The notes below the pieces were generated by a model that was not told the origin of the DNA, did no database searches, and was given only the letters and a program-made list of their open reading frames with translations. Below are positions 43,300 through 58,279 of a DNA stretch of 64,000 nucleotides, piece by piece. Numbering within the stretch: position 1 is the stretch's first letter; the number at the start of each line of letters is the position of its first letter. Where the stretch lies: positions 2,506,917-2,570,916 of the forward strand of contig MU058418.1 in NCBI GenBank assembly GCA_013265495.1. The letters are read 5' to 3'. The DNA is from Vicugna vicugna. Its lineage: Eukaryota. A program made the translations under genes and the position numbers.

Positions 43300-46200
43300 A
43301 ATTTACTATTCTACCCGAAAGTAAACTATAATAAGTTAAACATGTATACTATGAACTCTAAAGTAAATACTAAAATGTCACAACAAGGAGTATAGCTATT
43401 AAGCCAACAAAGGAGAAAAAAATGGAATCATTAAAAAAACTACTCAGACAAAAAAGGAGGTAAAAGAGATTGGTAAACAGTTAAGACAAAAAGAAAACAA
43501 ATAGCAAAATGAAAGACTTAACCGCTACCATATCAATAATCACATTAACCATAAATGATCTGAACATGCCAATTAAAAGGCAGAGATTATAAGATTGGAT
43601 TAAAAAAAGTAAGACTTACCCACATGCTGCCTGTAAGAAACTGTTTTAAATATGAATATACAAATAGGTTAAAAGTAAAAGGATAGAAAAATATATACCA
43701 TGCTAATGAAAAAAAAGTTGGAGCAGTGACATTAATATCAGACAAAGTAGGTTTTAGAGAAAGAATATTAGCAGAGATAAAGAGGATCATTCATGTCCAC
43801 TCATATTAATAAAGGTGCCAATTCATCAAGAAGATAAAATAATCTAAAATAATTATGCACTTTAGAAATTAGATTCAAAAAAGTAAAAACTAACAGAAGT
43901 GTGCAAGAAAATACAGAAAAATCCATATAGTCCGAAATTTCAACATCTCTCTTTCAGTAACTAATAGGACAAGTGGACAGAAAATCAGTAAGCATATAGA
44001 TGTCTTAAAGAACACTATCAACCAAGTTTACAGAATATCCTATCCCAAAACAACAGAATACAATTTTTTTTCAAGTATTGCAAGTATATAAGTAACATTT
44101 ACCAAGAGATACGAATTCTCTGTCATAAACAAGTCAGAATACATTTAAAAGGATTTAAGTCTTACAAGGTTTAAGTTTTCTGACCACAATCTATTTACAT
44201 TATAAATCAACAACAAAAGGATATATGGAAATTTTCAAATATTTGGAAACTAGGAAACCTATTTCTAAGTAACCTCAAGTCAAAGAAGAAGTAAAAAGAA
44301 AAAAACTATTTTGAACTGAATGAAAAGGAAAACACCATATCAAAATTTGGGAAGGGAAGCAGCTAAAGCAGTACACAGAGAGAAAGTTATAGCACTAAAA
44401 TGTCTACACTGGAGAAGAAGAAGGGTCTCAAGTGAATGGTCTCAATTACTTTCACCTCAAGAAATTAGAAAAAATAGAGCAAATTAAACTGGAAGGAAGG
44501 AAAAGAGAGGAAACAGTAAAGGTGAGAGCAGAAATCAATGGAATAGAAAACAGAAAAATAATGCAGGAGGTAAAATAAAAATCAATGAAACCAAAAGCTG
44601 GTTCATTGAGAACATCAATAAATTTGATAAACCACTAGCCAGGCTGAAGGACTTGGAGAGGTGGGGGAGATAACAAATGGCCAATATTCGTAATGACAGG
44701 AAAACTATGACCAAAGATTCTACACGTATCAAAAAACAGGAAATATTAGAAACAATTTATACCAATAAATCCAACATCTTAAATGAAATGGAAAAATTCC
44801 TGGAAAGACACAACTATTAAAACCTCACTCAAGAAATACATAGCTCTTTGAAAAAGAAAAACAATACTGGAGGAGTTATACTATCTGACTTCAATAGTTA
44901 TTATAAAGCCACACTATTCCAGGTAGTTTGGTTATTGGTAAGAAGACAGACAAATAGCCAATGGAACAGAATAGAGTCCAGAAATAATCCAACACATACA
45001 TGGTTAACTGATTTTTTTTCACACTGGTGCAAAGGTAATTCAGTAGAGAAAGAATTTTTTTTTTTAACATGTTGATTGCCACATCACCCAAATCTGGGTG
45101 ACAGTTGTGTTTCCTCAGGGGCACCTGATCCACAGTGGGCAATCAACGTGTTAATGGTGCTACAACTGGACATCTGTATTAAAAAAAAAAAAAAGAACTT
45201 TGATCGTTACCTCATACCATATACAAATGGGTCATAGACTTAAATATAGAACATAAAATTTTAAGACTTCTAGAAGAAAACAGAAAATCTTTGTGGACTT
45301 GGGTTAGGCAAAGATTTCTTAGATGTGACACCAAAAACACAATCCGTAAAGGAAAGATTTTTAAATTGGAATTCATCAAAATTAAAAACCACCGTTTTCT
45401 GAAAGACAACAGGGAATGAAAAGATAACTGGTTGAGAAAAAATATTTGCAAATCACGTGTCTGACAAAGCATATGCATCTACAAAAAAGAACCCTTAAAA
45501 TTCAATCAGAAAGCGAATAATCCAAAGCTAAATGTCCAGAGGCTTGAACAGATATTTCACAAAAGAAAATACACAAATGGTATATAAAAAGCTAATCAAC
45601 ATTATTAGTCTTTAGGGAAGTGCATATTAAAGCCACAATAAGATATCACTACACACCTATTAGAATGGCTAAAATTAAAATGGCGAGGATGTGGAGCATG
45701 TAGAAATATCATAAAATGACATAACTACTTTGAAAAACACTTTGATACTTCCTTATAAAATTAAACAAATATCTACTATATAACCCAGTCATTTTACTTC
45801 TAGGTATTTACTCAGGAAAAATGAAAGCGTATGTCCAAACAATGACTTATACCTCACAGCAGCTATATTTGTAATAGCCAAAACCTGAGAACAACCCAAA
45901 TGACCATCAACAGATGAATGGATAACAAACTGTTATCCACTGAAATAAGTGTTCATATGATGGAATATATTCAGTGAAAAAAATGAACTAATGATGGATG
46001 TGACAATATAGGTGAATGCTAAAATCATTATGCTGAATGAAAGAAGCCAAACCAAAAAAAGATATATACTGTACGATTCTATGTATATAAAGTTCTGGAA
46101 ACTATAAATTAACCTTTAGTGTCGGAAAGTAGATTAGTGGGTGCCTAGGGTAGGGGCTGGGATTGGGATTGGTGGAAAGAGTAGGGAAAGATAGGATGCA

Positions 46201-46335
46201 GTAATTATAAAGGAAGAACAGGAAATTTGGGGCAGGAGGTGTGGTTCATTATCTTGATTTTCATGATGGTTTCAAAACTTGTCCAATTGTACAATTTACT
46301 GCATGTCAATTAAATTCCAATACAGCTCTCAAAAA
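43300..46335 (+). mobile_element. Old L1 with endonuclease region, an internal deletion of the RT region near 44845, and 3'UTR
   Basis: L1 ORF2 motifs jump from pre-RT to post-RT sequence at about 44845. Confidence 0.75.
45068..45150. mobile_element. 83-bp piggyBac-like MITE
   Basis: 13-bp TIRs (12/13 match) and TTAA on both sides (45064-45067, 45151-45154). Confidence 0.75.
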
Positions 46336-49300
46336 TCCATTTAATCAAACAGCAATAACCATTTATTCCAATATAGTCAACACTCATATCCTACTATAAA
46401 ATGCTTATTATTTTCTAACACATATTAACAAAAAAGTGATTTAAATTTATAATAGTAATATTATACTACTCAACTTCAATGCGCAACAGAGTACAGTTTT
46501 TCAAAAATCTTTTTGAAATATGCAAGCAAAAAGTCTTAAAGACTAATGGATTAAAACAGTGCCAATTCAGACAAACTCGGGTAGATCAGTGAGATTTGAT
46601 ACCTATCTTCTGTCAATACATTACCTGACTTGAAAATAAATGCAGTTACCACAGTGGAAAACTGGTGAGTATGTGGCTTTAACAATTCCCATCATATCGC
46701 TAAAAATAATCTACAAGTATAAAACAGCAAATGAGTTGGGTTACTAGGCATTTGTAATTTGCCTATGTTGAAGTCAAAAATTTCTCCACAGAAACCATTT
46801 CACATGGTGGCAAAATTCCAGACCAGTTCCCAAATCCTATTTAAGTAGTTGGGATTAATTATCCTCTCTTTCTTCTGCAACACTATTTTTCCCTCTATTG
46901 GATCACTGTCATCAACACAGAGACAAGCTATAATTTTTTCCATTAAAAAAAAAACAGAACAATTACAGTAACAAAAACAAACATCTCTTGGTTCCACTTC
47001 CTTTAGCCATTCAATTCCCCACTCCCTGATTTCTCTGCTCTTCTTTTTGGCAAAATTCCTTAAATTAGTCCCTGATTTCTCTCCTCCAATTCTCACTTAG
47101 GTCTGCCCATTTAGGCTTTTATTTCCAGTACGTATCAAATCGCCTCACCAAGGTCAGTTATCTGCTATAGCCAGTGGTTAATTCTGAGGTCTCTTTTTAA
47201 CAGCATCTGAAACACTCCTTGAAATTATTTAATTTGGCTTTCAGGAAACCTCAAGTTCCTGGCTTTCCTCCTTTTTCTTCCTCCTTATCTTCTGTACCTC
47301 TAAATCTTAGGGTATTCTAGGACTTAGTCCTTGGATGTTTTTTCTTATTTTTATCTATACTCACTCCATTAGTGATTTCATATTAAATTTCATTAAAGTA
47401 AGATACATCTACATCTTAAAGAACTTGTATGCTTCACTGTCATCCTCAAATAAGGTCAATTATACATAATTCTGTCATTTGGGGAGGGAGCTGCAGATGA
47501 AAAACAGATTCAAGCAGAAACAAGTTAAAAAGAAAAATAAGAGATTTAACTTTCAGTAAGTCATCACCATCTTTCTTTAAAGTTCAGTATTATTGGTATA
47601 GCTACTTAAAAATTAAAAATAATAAAGCTAAATTGATGAATATGAAAACAAATATTTATTATTTATTCTAGTCATTTATTACATTAGAAACTTAAATACC
47701 ATATTAAATATTTTATTAAAAATGTAAATCATGACCTTATCTATGATTCTGTTTCCTTTTGGGTCTGTAACAGTAATATATTAATATAGACTTGTTACAG
47801 AAGACTTTTTTGTAACAATTATCTCATTTTACCCTAAAAAGGCTCCATAAGAATATTACAGTAAATAATAGTTTAACCAGCAGTTTCTGCTCCTAACATG
47901 ACCTCTCACATAACAGTCAGACTTTTAATGAGAGGATTTAATGAAGTTAAAGTTAGTTGGAGAACTCATAAACCTATCCCTACTACAAGTAATATATATT
48001 ACAATTCATGTTCAACTGATGACAGGTCACTAATGTCATCTTTCTGTACTTAGCATAACATTACAAACATAAATTTACATTTCCTTCTAATGCTATGAAA
48101 CCAAGTCCTTTATATATACATCCGTTAAAAAACATGCTTTATTTCACTTACTTCCATGACTATACCAATGATGAAAATGATTTTAACAATGATCTCGTAC
48201 ATATTAGGCACATAGTTGTTGGTTGCTTCTATCACAGTGAAAAATAACTTATTTTTGCAAGCAAGATTACATTTATAATTAAGCACTCACAAGTAATACA
48301 TGACTCTTTTCCTCCCTCCAAGAGACCCACCTCAAATGATGTGGCGTGCACTGCCCACTGACCCCAGGGCAATGGTTAGAAGCATACAGACCACAGTAAG
48401 GCTTTTAAAGTATAGCCCATTGCTCTTAAGGGCTCCAACTGTTAGTGCTTCCAGTCCTGAGGACTGAGGAGTAGCCCCCTCTCTTTTACTACTAAGCACA
48501 TCAAGTGTCAATACAGACTCAAGAGTTCTGCCTTCAAGATCTCCATCCCTGAAACGTCCTTTTCTGACCTAAATATGCTATCCCACCCCTCCAATTTCTC
48601 ATTATAAAATTTTTTTGTCCTTACCAAGTCCCTGTGATCCTTTCCTTCTCCTCTGTTTTCAAAGCCATCAACATATTTTGGCTTTGCTTCCCTTCCTACC
48701 TCATTAGCACTTCAGACTCCTTTTCAAAGAGAACTGCCCCAAACCACAAGGTCTTAATTTATCCTCTGGACTAAACTGAACAGTCCTATCAGAATGCAGC
48801 ACATTATACCTTCTCTGATCACATCTTCAGCATCCTTTTCTGGCTGTACTTTTAATTTCCACTCTGTAAATACTGAGTCAGTAGTCAACAGTTTTGTTCA
48901 CCCCAGTTCTATACTCTCTTCTTCATAAATCCATCTATATCCAGATCTTGAACTATCACCTCTAAACTACTCATACAAACAACAGTAACATCTCTTTACA
49001 TATTTAGATTTGTGCTATCCGCCTGCCAGGCAGCAACACAATAATGTCTCATCAATTCACTTTCAACATATCCAAAATCAAATTCATCATCACTGACTTC
49101 CCACTCTCCTCAAAAAGAGAATGTACTCATTTTTTTGAATTCTCTTTTTCTAATAACAGCAGCAAATCACTTAGGATTTGAGATCATCTTTAAAGCAAAG
49201 TATTGGATTCTCTAAGATATCAATTCAGAAAACTTTTAATTGTGTGCAAACCGCCCTCCCCCTCCTGCATTTTCATCAAAAGGAAATGATACAGCCATTT

Positions 49301-50247
49301 TCATTCAACTCCTTTGATGATATACTAATGGTACAATATTTTTTTACTCTGCACATGGCTTGAACTCTGGAACCAATCCCCAACACATATCTCCAATTTT
49401 GCCACCTAACAAATCAAAATAATTCCATTTTTCCCCTACATCTAGAGGATACTTGAGTTTGAAGTAAGCATAAGAGATTGGACACTTAGATTTTGGCTAG
49501 TATTGTAAAAGACTGTAGCAATATGCTTAAAGCTTAGTTTCCACCTCATAAAAGTGAGAATTAAACCTTCTCACAAAGTTGTTGAGGACTACACCACATA
49601 AACCCTAGAACAGTGCCTAAAACACCCAGAACAGTGCTCAAAAAATGGTGATATTGTTATTACTGCAAAACCAGAAAGTCTTATATTAAGTTAATTCATC
49701 AGTTTAACTGAGCATCTATACATATAAGGCTTTGGTAGGTGCTAGGGGATCTTCATCATTTAGAAAAGGTTAAATCATGTCCCATATACTTTGTTTAAGG
49801 AAGCAAAGTTTAAGAACTATGTATTTTAAAACTGTTTCCATGCAAAGTAATTAAAATATAAATTTTACTTTTAAAGGGAAAAGATGTATTTTTTTAAAAA
49901 GACATGTAATGGAATCTATTAATTTCCAGTGAAGTCAGACGTAGAAACAATTACCATATTTTACAAGTTTAAAAATCAACTTAATTTTTCTTTCAAAGAA
50001 AAAATTCATTATTGACCTATAGATCATAAGGTTTGCAACAGCCTATCCTCATCTCTGTCAGAAGTGTGTAAGATTTAAAAAAGAGATTACTGTATCCCTC
50101 AGTTCAGCATAAAATAAAAATACTGGTAAAGTCACATTTAACTCAATATTCATTTCTCTCTTTAAATCATAAGCTACTTACAGATACTATGCAGTTGAAG
50201 GCCTTGACAAAGGCCTTTCTCAACTGCAAGATTTATGTATACTAAAT

Positions 50248-50418
50248 CAGAGCTTCTCAAATGCTAAGGTGCACACCAGTCACCAGAGGATTTTGTTAAA
50301 AAGATTCAGTAGATTCTGACTCAGTAGATTTGGGGTGGGCCTAACTTCTGTGCTTCTAAAAAGCTCTCAAGATGATGCTGACACTGCTGGTCTACAGATC
50401 ACACTTTTGAGTACTGAG
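50248..50418. mobile_element. MER5A-like hAT-Charlie MITE
   Basis: CTTCTCAAA...GATTCTGACTCAGTAG...ATCACACTTTTGAGTA motifs. Confidence 0.7.
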
Positions 50419-51304
50419 GCACTAAAGACTATGTTCCATCAAAAATCACTAAGTCACTTTCGAGAACAAAATTAAAATAAATGAAAAATCAAAATTCTAT
50501 CTAAGAATCCTATCAAATGTTTTAGAACAATATACACTGAATGCCTAAGGACAAAGCTAAATTAAAATTGGCTTTGCTCAATTTTTTTAGTTCTTAAATT
50601 CATAAAACCTAATGTATTCTATCATAAGTTTAATAGAATTCTATATCAGCTTCTATCAATATATTATTTCCTCAATTAAATTTTTAAAGCATACTTGTTA
50701 TTTAGCTATCTCATACCTATCTCACTCAGAATCAACTATGGCCCCTTTCTCAGAATTAGCAATAAATCAAAATATCTTCTTTCAAAATATTGTACCAAGT
50801 AGCCTGGTCTAAAGCTATTTAATTACCAAGGTGCTTAATTACTAAGACTCACAGTATACATCACAATTTGATATATCTAAACTACCTAATTTTTATATAG
50901 GGCTTTATAGTTTACAAATGATTTCTAATGTATCATTTAATCCTTACAACTCTTCAAGGTAGTTTTTAATCACTCACATTTTAAAAATAAGGAAACTGAT
51001 TAGAAGTAAAATGATCCAAGAGTACATAATAAGTCAAAGTACTAAGAATTATACCCAGTCTTCTGATTTAAATACAGTTAATTCCTGATTAATATTTGGG
51101 TAACTATAGGAAGAGGTATAGATAATTGAAAATAGCCATCAAAATCAAAACTACAGTTTATTCAAGGAGAGTTATTACAGCATGGCTTGTCATAAAAAGG
51201 AAGGAAGCATCCTACACATCTAACAGTGAGGAATAAGTGAAACAAAATTTGGTTTACCTATTTAATGAAATACTATGCAGTTTTTAAATATATATATATA
51301 TGAT

Positions 51305-54300
51305 AACTTCTAGGTTCCACTCCAAAATGTAAAGACCTTAGAAGCCATTACTCTTTCTCTCATAACAAAATGAAAGTTGAATAAACTGTAAACCAAGGAC
51401 TTTTCTTAGATCCATCAGAGATGAAGTCACAGGACAAACTGCCACTCAATAAACTAGAGAGAACATGAATCCAGAGAATATAGATTAGCTAATTGAAGCA
51501 GAAGCCACAGGAGCCAGGAATTGGTTTGAACAATTAAATACTAACTTCAACAAGTTGCTGGACACTGATGTGGACTAGTTTGAAAGTTAAAAACTCCTGG
51601 AGGTCTAATCTAAGGAGGTATTGGGGTGGAGGGTTGCTATTACTTTCCTGGGCTTTATGCCCCACAAGGTTATCATAGTGAAGATCAGAGAAAAATCTCC
51701 TGTTTGGCAAGGGGAAGGGAAAAGTAACCATTCTGAAGTAAGTCCAGAGAGTTCACCACAACAAACAGCTATTCAGCAAAGGAAGACTTCACCAGAGCTT
51801 TATCCAACTTGAGGAAAGGAAAATTACCCAATTCCTGCCCACTCTAGCCTTACTGACATACCTACAGTAAGGGGAGAGGAAGCTGAGAAGCACTTGTGAA
51901 GGCCCGGGGCACAGACACTGTAAAAGACTGATATTTTATCATAGGATTATAAACCATTGCTCAATCCCCACACTTTACCACATCAACAGGGCTCCTATAT
52001 AATAAAAGGATTATGGCTGAAAAAAACTGCAAGGCTCTAACTCTATTTAAGAAGGTGTTTCTAGGGAAACTCAAAGACAACAAGGGAAACAAAAACAAGG
52101 ACACTAAAGGAAACTGAAACCTCTGACACCTACTGCTACAGCAAATGGTAAACACAGCCTAATTTCTAGCCAGATAAATATAAAACCTCACACTAAAGAC
52201 TTACCTATGTCAGTTTCTATTATCCAATGTATCATGTCCGGCTTTCAAAAACAATTATAAGGCATGCTAAAAGGAGAAGCATAGTCAGAAGAGTCAAAGC
52301 AAGGATCAGAACCAGATTTAGATATAGCAGAGATTTTATAATATTAGACCATGAATTTAAAATAACTATGATTACTAAGGGTGCTAATGGAAAAAGTGGA
52401 CAACATACAAAAAGAGATGGATAATGTAAGCAGAGAGATGGAAACTCTAAGAATGAATCAAAAAGAAATATTAGAAATCAAAAACACTGCAACAGAAATG
52501 AAGAATGCCTTTGATGGGATCATCAGTAAATTGGACACAGATGAGAAAACAATTAGTGCACTTGAAGAAGTATCAAAAGAAACTTCCCAAACTAAAATGC
52601 AAAGAGGAAAGGGGGAGGTTATAGCTCTGTGGTAGAGTGTGTGCTTAGCATGCACAAGGTCATGGGTTTGACCCCCAGTACCGTAAATAAATAAGTAAAT
52701 ATCTAATTGCCCCCCCACTTTTTTTAATTAAAAAAAAAGTACAAAGAGACAAGAGAATGAAAAAAATAGAACAGACTATCCAAGAACAGTGGGACAATTA
52801 CAGAAGGTGTAATATATGTGTAATGGAAATATCAAAAGAAGAGAGAAGGGAGTAGAATAAATATTTGAAGTAATAATGCCTGAGAGTATTCCAACATTAA
52901 TGACAGAAGCTAAATCATAAATCCATGATGCTCAGAGAACACCAAGAATGAAAAACCAAAAAATCTACACCTAGGTATGTAATATTCAAACTGCAGAAAA
53001 CTAAAGAGAAAGAGAAAATATTTTTAAAAAGCCAGAAGGAAAAAAACATCTTACTAATAGAGGAATAATGTTAAGAATTACACTGACTTCTTGTCAATAA
53101 TCATGAGCAAGAAAGTGGAGTGAAATACTTCAAGGGCTGAAAGAAAAATCACCAACCTAGAATTTTGTAAATCAGAGAAATTATCCTTCAAAAGTGAAGA
53201 AAAAATAAAGACTTCTTCAGACAAGTGAAAACTTAGGGAATCTGTCACTAGTAGACATGCCTTGAAAGAAAAAATAGAAGAAATTCAGAGAGAAGGAAAG
53301 TTATAGAGGTCAGAAACTTGGATCTACAGAAAGAAAGTTACAGAGAACGAATAAATAAATATAAAATAAAATCTTAATTTTTTTCTCTGACTCTAATAGA
53401 CAACTGTTTGTTCAAAGTAATAATATCCACAAAGTATTGGGTAATTATTGTTTATGGATAAGAAAAATGAATGGCAGCAATGTTGTAAGGAATGGAAGGA
53501 AGGAACTGGGAATATTCTGTTACAAGATACCTGCACTGTGAAGCAGCACAGTATTATTTGAAAGTGGACTTAGACTGGTTGTAAATGTACATTACAAACT
53601 CTAGGGCACTACAAATATTCTTTTAAAGTATAATATGCTAAGAAAGGTGAAAAATGGAACCATATAAAATGCTTAATTAAAGTCAAAGAAGCCTGAAAAA
53701 GAGGAGAAAAGTATTTTTTTAAAGAAACAAAGAACAAATATAATGAATACAAAACAGTTACAAATGTAGTAGATAGTAATCCAACTACATCAATAACCGT
53801 TTTAAATGTTGATGGTTCAAATACACCAATTAAAAGACAGAGAACAATAGAGTGCATTTAAAAAAACCAAAAAGACCCAACTAGAAACCCACTTTCAACA
53901 GAAAGACATCAATTAAAATTAAAGAGATGGAGACACACTAACACTAATTAAAAAAAAAGTGGGAGTAGCTGTATTAATTTCAGAGAAAGCAGACTTCTGA
54001 GCCGGGGAATATCTCAGGGATAAAGAGGGGCATTACATAATGATGAGGGTATAAATTCTCTAATACAACATAACAGTCCTTAACACATGTATATCTAACA
54101 ACAGAGCACCAAAATATATGAGGAAAAATCTGACAGAACTGCAAGGAGAAGCAGACAAATTCACTATTACAGTTAGAGACTTCAACACCCCTCTAGCAGT
54201 AACTGACAAATCCAACAGGCAGAAAATTAGTAAGGATAGGGTTGAACTGAACAACACTATCAGTCAACTGGATCTAATTGACATTTACATAGTACTTCAC

Positions 54301-54820
54301 CCAACAATAACAGAACACATATTCTTTTCAAGCTCACAAAGACCATTCACCAAGACAGACCACATTCTGGGCCATAACCACCACCCCACCCAAAAAAGGA
54401 ATAGACATCACACAACATATACTCTCAAACCACAAAGGAATTCAACTAGAAAGCAGTATCAGAAAGATATCTGGGAAATTCCAAAATATTTGGAGATTAA
54501 ACACGACACTTTTAAATAACATACGGGTCAAAGAAGTCTCAAGAGATATTTTAAATATTTTGAAGTAAATGAAAATAACATTTTCAAAATCTGTGGGATC
54601 TATCAAAAGCAGTGCTTAAAGGGAAATTCATAGTATTGAATGCATATATTAGGAAAGAAGATCTAAAATCAACAATCTCAGCTTCCACCTTAAGAAACTA
54701 GAGAAAGAAGAGCAATATAACCCTAAAGTAATCAGAAGAATAAAAAACAAATAGAGCAGAAAACTAATGAAACCAAAAGAGGGCTTTTTTGAAAATACCA
54801 ACAAAATTGATAAATTTCTA
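51305..54820 (+). mobile_element. Old L1 5' portion: 5'UTR, ORF1 and ORF2 endonuclease remnants
   Basis: ORF1 coiled-coil-like ORF 52381-52635. Endonuclease motifs DFNTPL and DHILGH in ORF 54118-54519. Confidence 0.85.
52608..52738 (+). mobile_element. tRNA-derived SINE (Vic-1-like) inserted in L1 ORF1
   Basis: Same head as the SINE at 7658, with an A tail. Degenerate TSD AAAATGCAAAGA / AAAGTACAAAGA. Confidence 0.85.
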
Positions 54821-56615
54821 ATCATGTATCATGATGTATCAAACAAAGTTTTATTTTGGTTTTTTAAAACAAATGAGTGCTAGTCTTGTTCCTCAACTAA
54901 AATATAAAACGTTTCTTCAATTCCTTTCTTTTGCCTAACCCTTCGACAATTCTCTGGCATTATCTCTGGTACATTTATGTTACCAAAAATTATCAAAAAA
55001 AAAAAAAGCAGATATAAGACAACAGATGATTCATCAAAGAGTAGAAAACAAAAAAAGCTTATTTTTGTAGCATAATATGAAGACATAATAGACTTTATAT
55101 TTTTTGGTAGAGGAATCAAATAAGTCAATCAATTCCCTGACACACAAGCTTGTTCTTTCTCTTTTCAAATGATTTAGTCATTATAGAAAGGTCACTTATT
55201 AGAGTAGACCTGAGTAACTGTTACTCAAGAGCAAAGAATGTCGGGAAGCTTTTCATTGCCAAACATATCCAATATAAAACACTGCCACCATCATCATACA
55301 AGTATCGTCACACCCAACACCACCTAGTTAGAATTCCTTTAGAATCATTAACTTAAGAAGTGGTGCCTTGGTAGCACAGAGTAGTAGGAAAAAATGGGAC
55401 TTTGAAATCTCTGTTCAAATTCCACCTCTACCATTTTCATTAGAGTTGTGACCTTGCACAAACTACGTAATCTATGAGAGGACTCCATTGGTTGCCAAGT
55501 ATCAAAAATATCATTCCAATTAGTTTATGTAAAAAGGACAACTTATTACAAACATACCTATGGTGCCTCCTGGAACCCAATCTCAGGACCATGGACAAAG
55601 GCAGCTAAACACAGCCAAGATTCTGCGTACCTGCTTCTCTTTCTTCAACATGCCCCTGCTCATCTAGTTCACAGAGCAAGAAACAAGGCCATTAATAGTT
55701 TCTTAGTTTTGTATATTATAGCTTCATCCATTGGAGAGAAAACAAATTACTCCACTCTCTGGGCACTTAGGATCCAAGAAAAACTGAGTAGCCTGACTCA
55801 GGTGCAGGTGTCTAGGACTGGACCAATAAACTGCAGACATGAGAAGAATCGTGACTGACCGCTCTGGTCTCCTCTAAGCTAGCATAATCTTTTTAAAAGA
55901 CAGATCTGATCCAGTTATTAACCTGATTAAAACCCTTCATGGCCTTCCCCAAAACACTTAAAAATAAAATTCATAGCTCTTGTTGAACTAAGACTTATGT
56001 GGCCTTGTATGGTTCGGCTCCTGTTTACCTCCACAATCTCCTATGAAGCCATATTCCCTCTTGTTCACCATATAGTTGAGCTTTATCTGCTCTGGCCTTT
56101 TTTTAGTTTCCTGAACCTACCAAAACTTGTTTTCTATGTATTCTTTACATTCTATTCCTTTTTCACCTAGCTAATGTCTGTCAATCTTTCCTCAGAGAAG
56201 CTGTCCCTGACTTCTAAGGTAAACTAGGTTACCTATTCTTGTTCTTTATTAGCATGTATCACAATTTCTAGTGATAAATGTGTGTATTTGTTTAGTATCT
56301 GTCTCTTACCATACTGTTAACTCCAAGACCTCTGTTTTGCTCTCCACTGTGTTTCTAGCACCTAGTTGGACCTCAATAATTATGTGTTGAATGAATAATT
56401 GGCTTAGCATGAAACAAGTGGTAATCACCACTAGACTGTCCCATTGCAGATGAGGGAGAGGGTAGCAGGCAGGCAGAATTAACTATTATCAAGTTATTAA
56501 AACAGCTGCTTCAGCAATAACTTATTGGGGAAAAGGAAGAGAGTGGTTCCCAGAGAACCTGTGCTTCTGCTGAGCAGAATAAACTTGTTTAATTCAGTTA
56601 ACCCCCTTCTTTCAT

Positions 56616-56752
56616 AAAATCAAGCACTTTGAAATACCTTATTCTTACAATAAAGCAAAGTATGTTATTACAAATAGTATTATACAATACTAATATACTG
56701 TCTGAATAGTGGTTATTTACAAACCAGAATAATAAAGTAGCTCCATATCATA
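56616..56752 (+). repeat. Copy 1 of a dispersed direct repeat of about 138 bp (copy 2 at 58280-58419)
   Basis: Direct alignment by eye; long shared blocks. Confidence 0.9.
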
Positions 56753-58279
56753 AGACTATGATACCAAGTAAGTAAAATAATAAATATAACACTGCCTATA
56801 CAGTGGCTTGCACATATAGGAAGCATGCGATGTTACTTCTCTTCTTAGAAGACCATGTTACTTATTATTCTTGAATTTTATTAACCTCCAAATGAGAACT
56901 TAATTAAAAACCTACAGAATACTCCAGTGTATATGACAAACATAGCTGTATTTCATGACCCCATTTCTCACAGCATCTTGATCTTTCCACTTTCCTAAGA
57001 GAATTACTTACCTCCTATTCTGTAGTAATTATATCTGCTCAAATACCCATTTAGCTTAAAGAAGTACTAGAAACACAAAAATGAAGCAAAGCAAAACAAA
57101 TCAACAACAAAACTGTCTTGTCCTCAAGGAGTTCATAAACTCACTTTCTCACTCTGCCTCCAACAAACCTATACCCATACTCTTGCCATGTCCAAAGTCC
57201 CACAGCGCCCAAGGTAAGGCTGCCAGATTTAGCAAATAAAAATACAAGATACCAATACACAAGCATATTGGTTCTGAGAAAGTAACTTCCAAGTTCTAAA
57301 CCATTTTACAAGTTTTAAAATATAATCAATCCCATTCTAAGTTAGAAACTACCAATACACGAAGATTCAAAATTATAAAATGAATGTGATAAACTAAAAA
57401 CACAAGATTCCTCATTTTATAAAAAGCTCCACCCCAGAGGTCATTTATTTTCAAAATTAGGTATTCAGGCACATTTAGAACAGGATATAATTTACAAATC
57501 TTTTTATTAATATTTTACTGTAAAACTGAAGTAAGTCAAGAAGAATCGAACACATTTCTATACTCATCTAATTTAGGGAAGGAAAACCTTTAATGTACAT
57601 TTTCATGAAGTGACCTATAAGAGGTAAGAAAAAAATTATTATCAGTTCATAAATGGAAGGTTAACAATGTATTTTGAACTACCTACTGCTAGGTCAAAAA
57701 ATGTGTGGGTAGAGGAATTATATCTGAACAGGTAAATGAAGTTCGAAGAACCTCCAAATACATTTTTCTCTTTTCTAGTGAGATAAAGGCATATGCATTA
57801 TGAATTAAAAATCTGTTTGATAAATATTTTTAAAATGTCTACATAGGTACATTAAATCAAGGGATACTCTTCATTCATTCATTTTATTTGTTCAACAAAA
57901 AGACTGAACCTCTACTATTTGCTAAACACTATGCTAGCAATTTCGGATTTATGACAATAAGCATCAGATGAGTTCCTGTCCTCAAGGAGCTTAGAAAAAC
58001 CTTGAGTTAACTGTATTTACCCAATAATGACAGTTAAATTTCAGTTGGTCATTTAAGAGAACATTAAAACTGTAATCAAATTAATTCTCAAAAAAACTAT
58101 AAAATAGTAATTTTAAAGACATTTGAATAGTCTTACCATTTATCTGAAGTTTCCCCACAAAGTAACTAAAAGCACTGTTTTGGGAGAAGTTATATCTTAA
58201 TAGTAGTTTTTAACTATGAAAATTAACTGAGTTAATCCTCCAGTAAGGAAATCAAAAGCTACTATTCATTGTGATAATG

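Noticed and set aside
26240..54820. RT, endonuclease and ORF1-like ORFs as an active retroelement or domesticated gene
   Set aside because: All are short fragments broken by stops, frameshifts and nested insertions.
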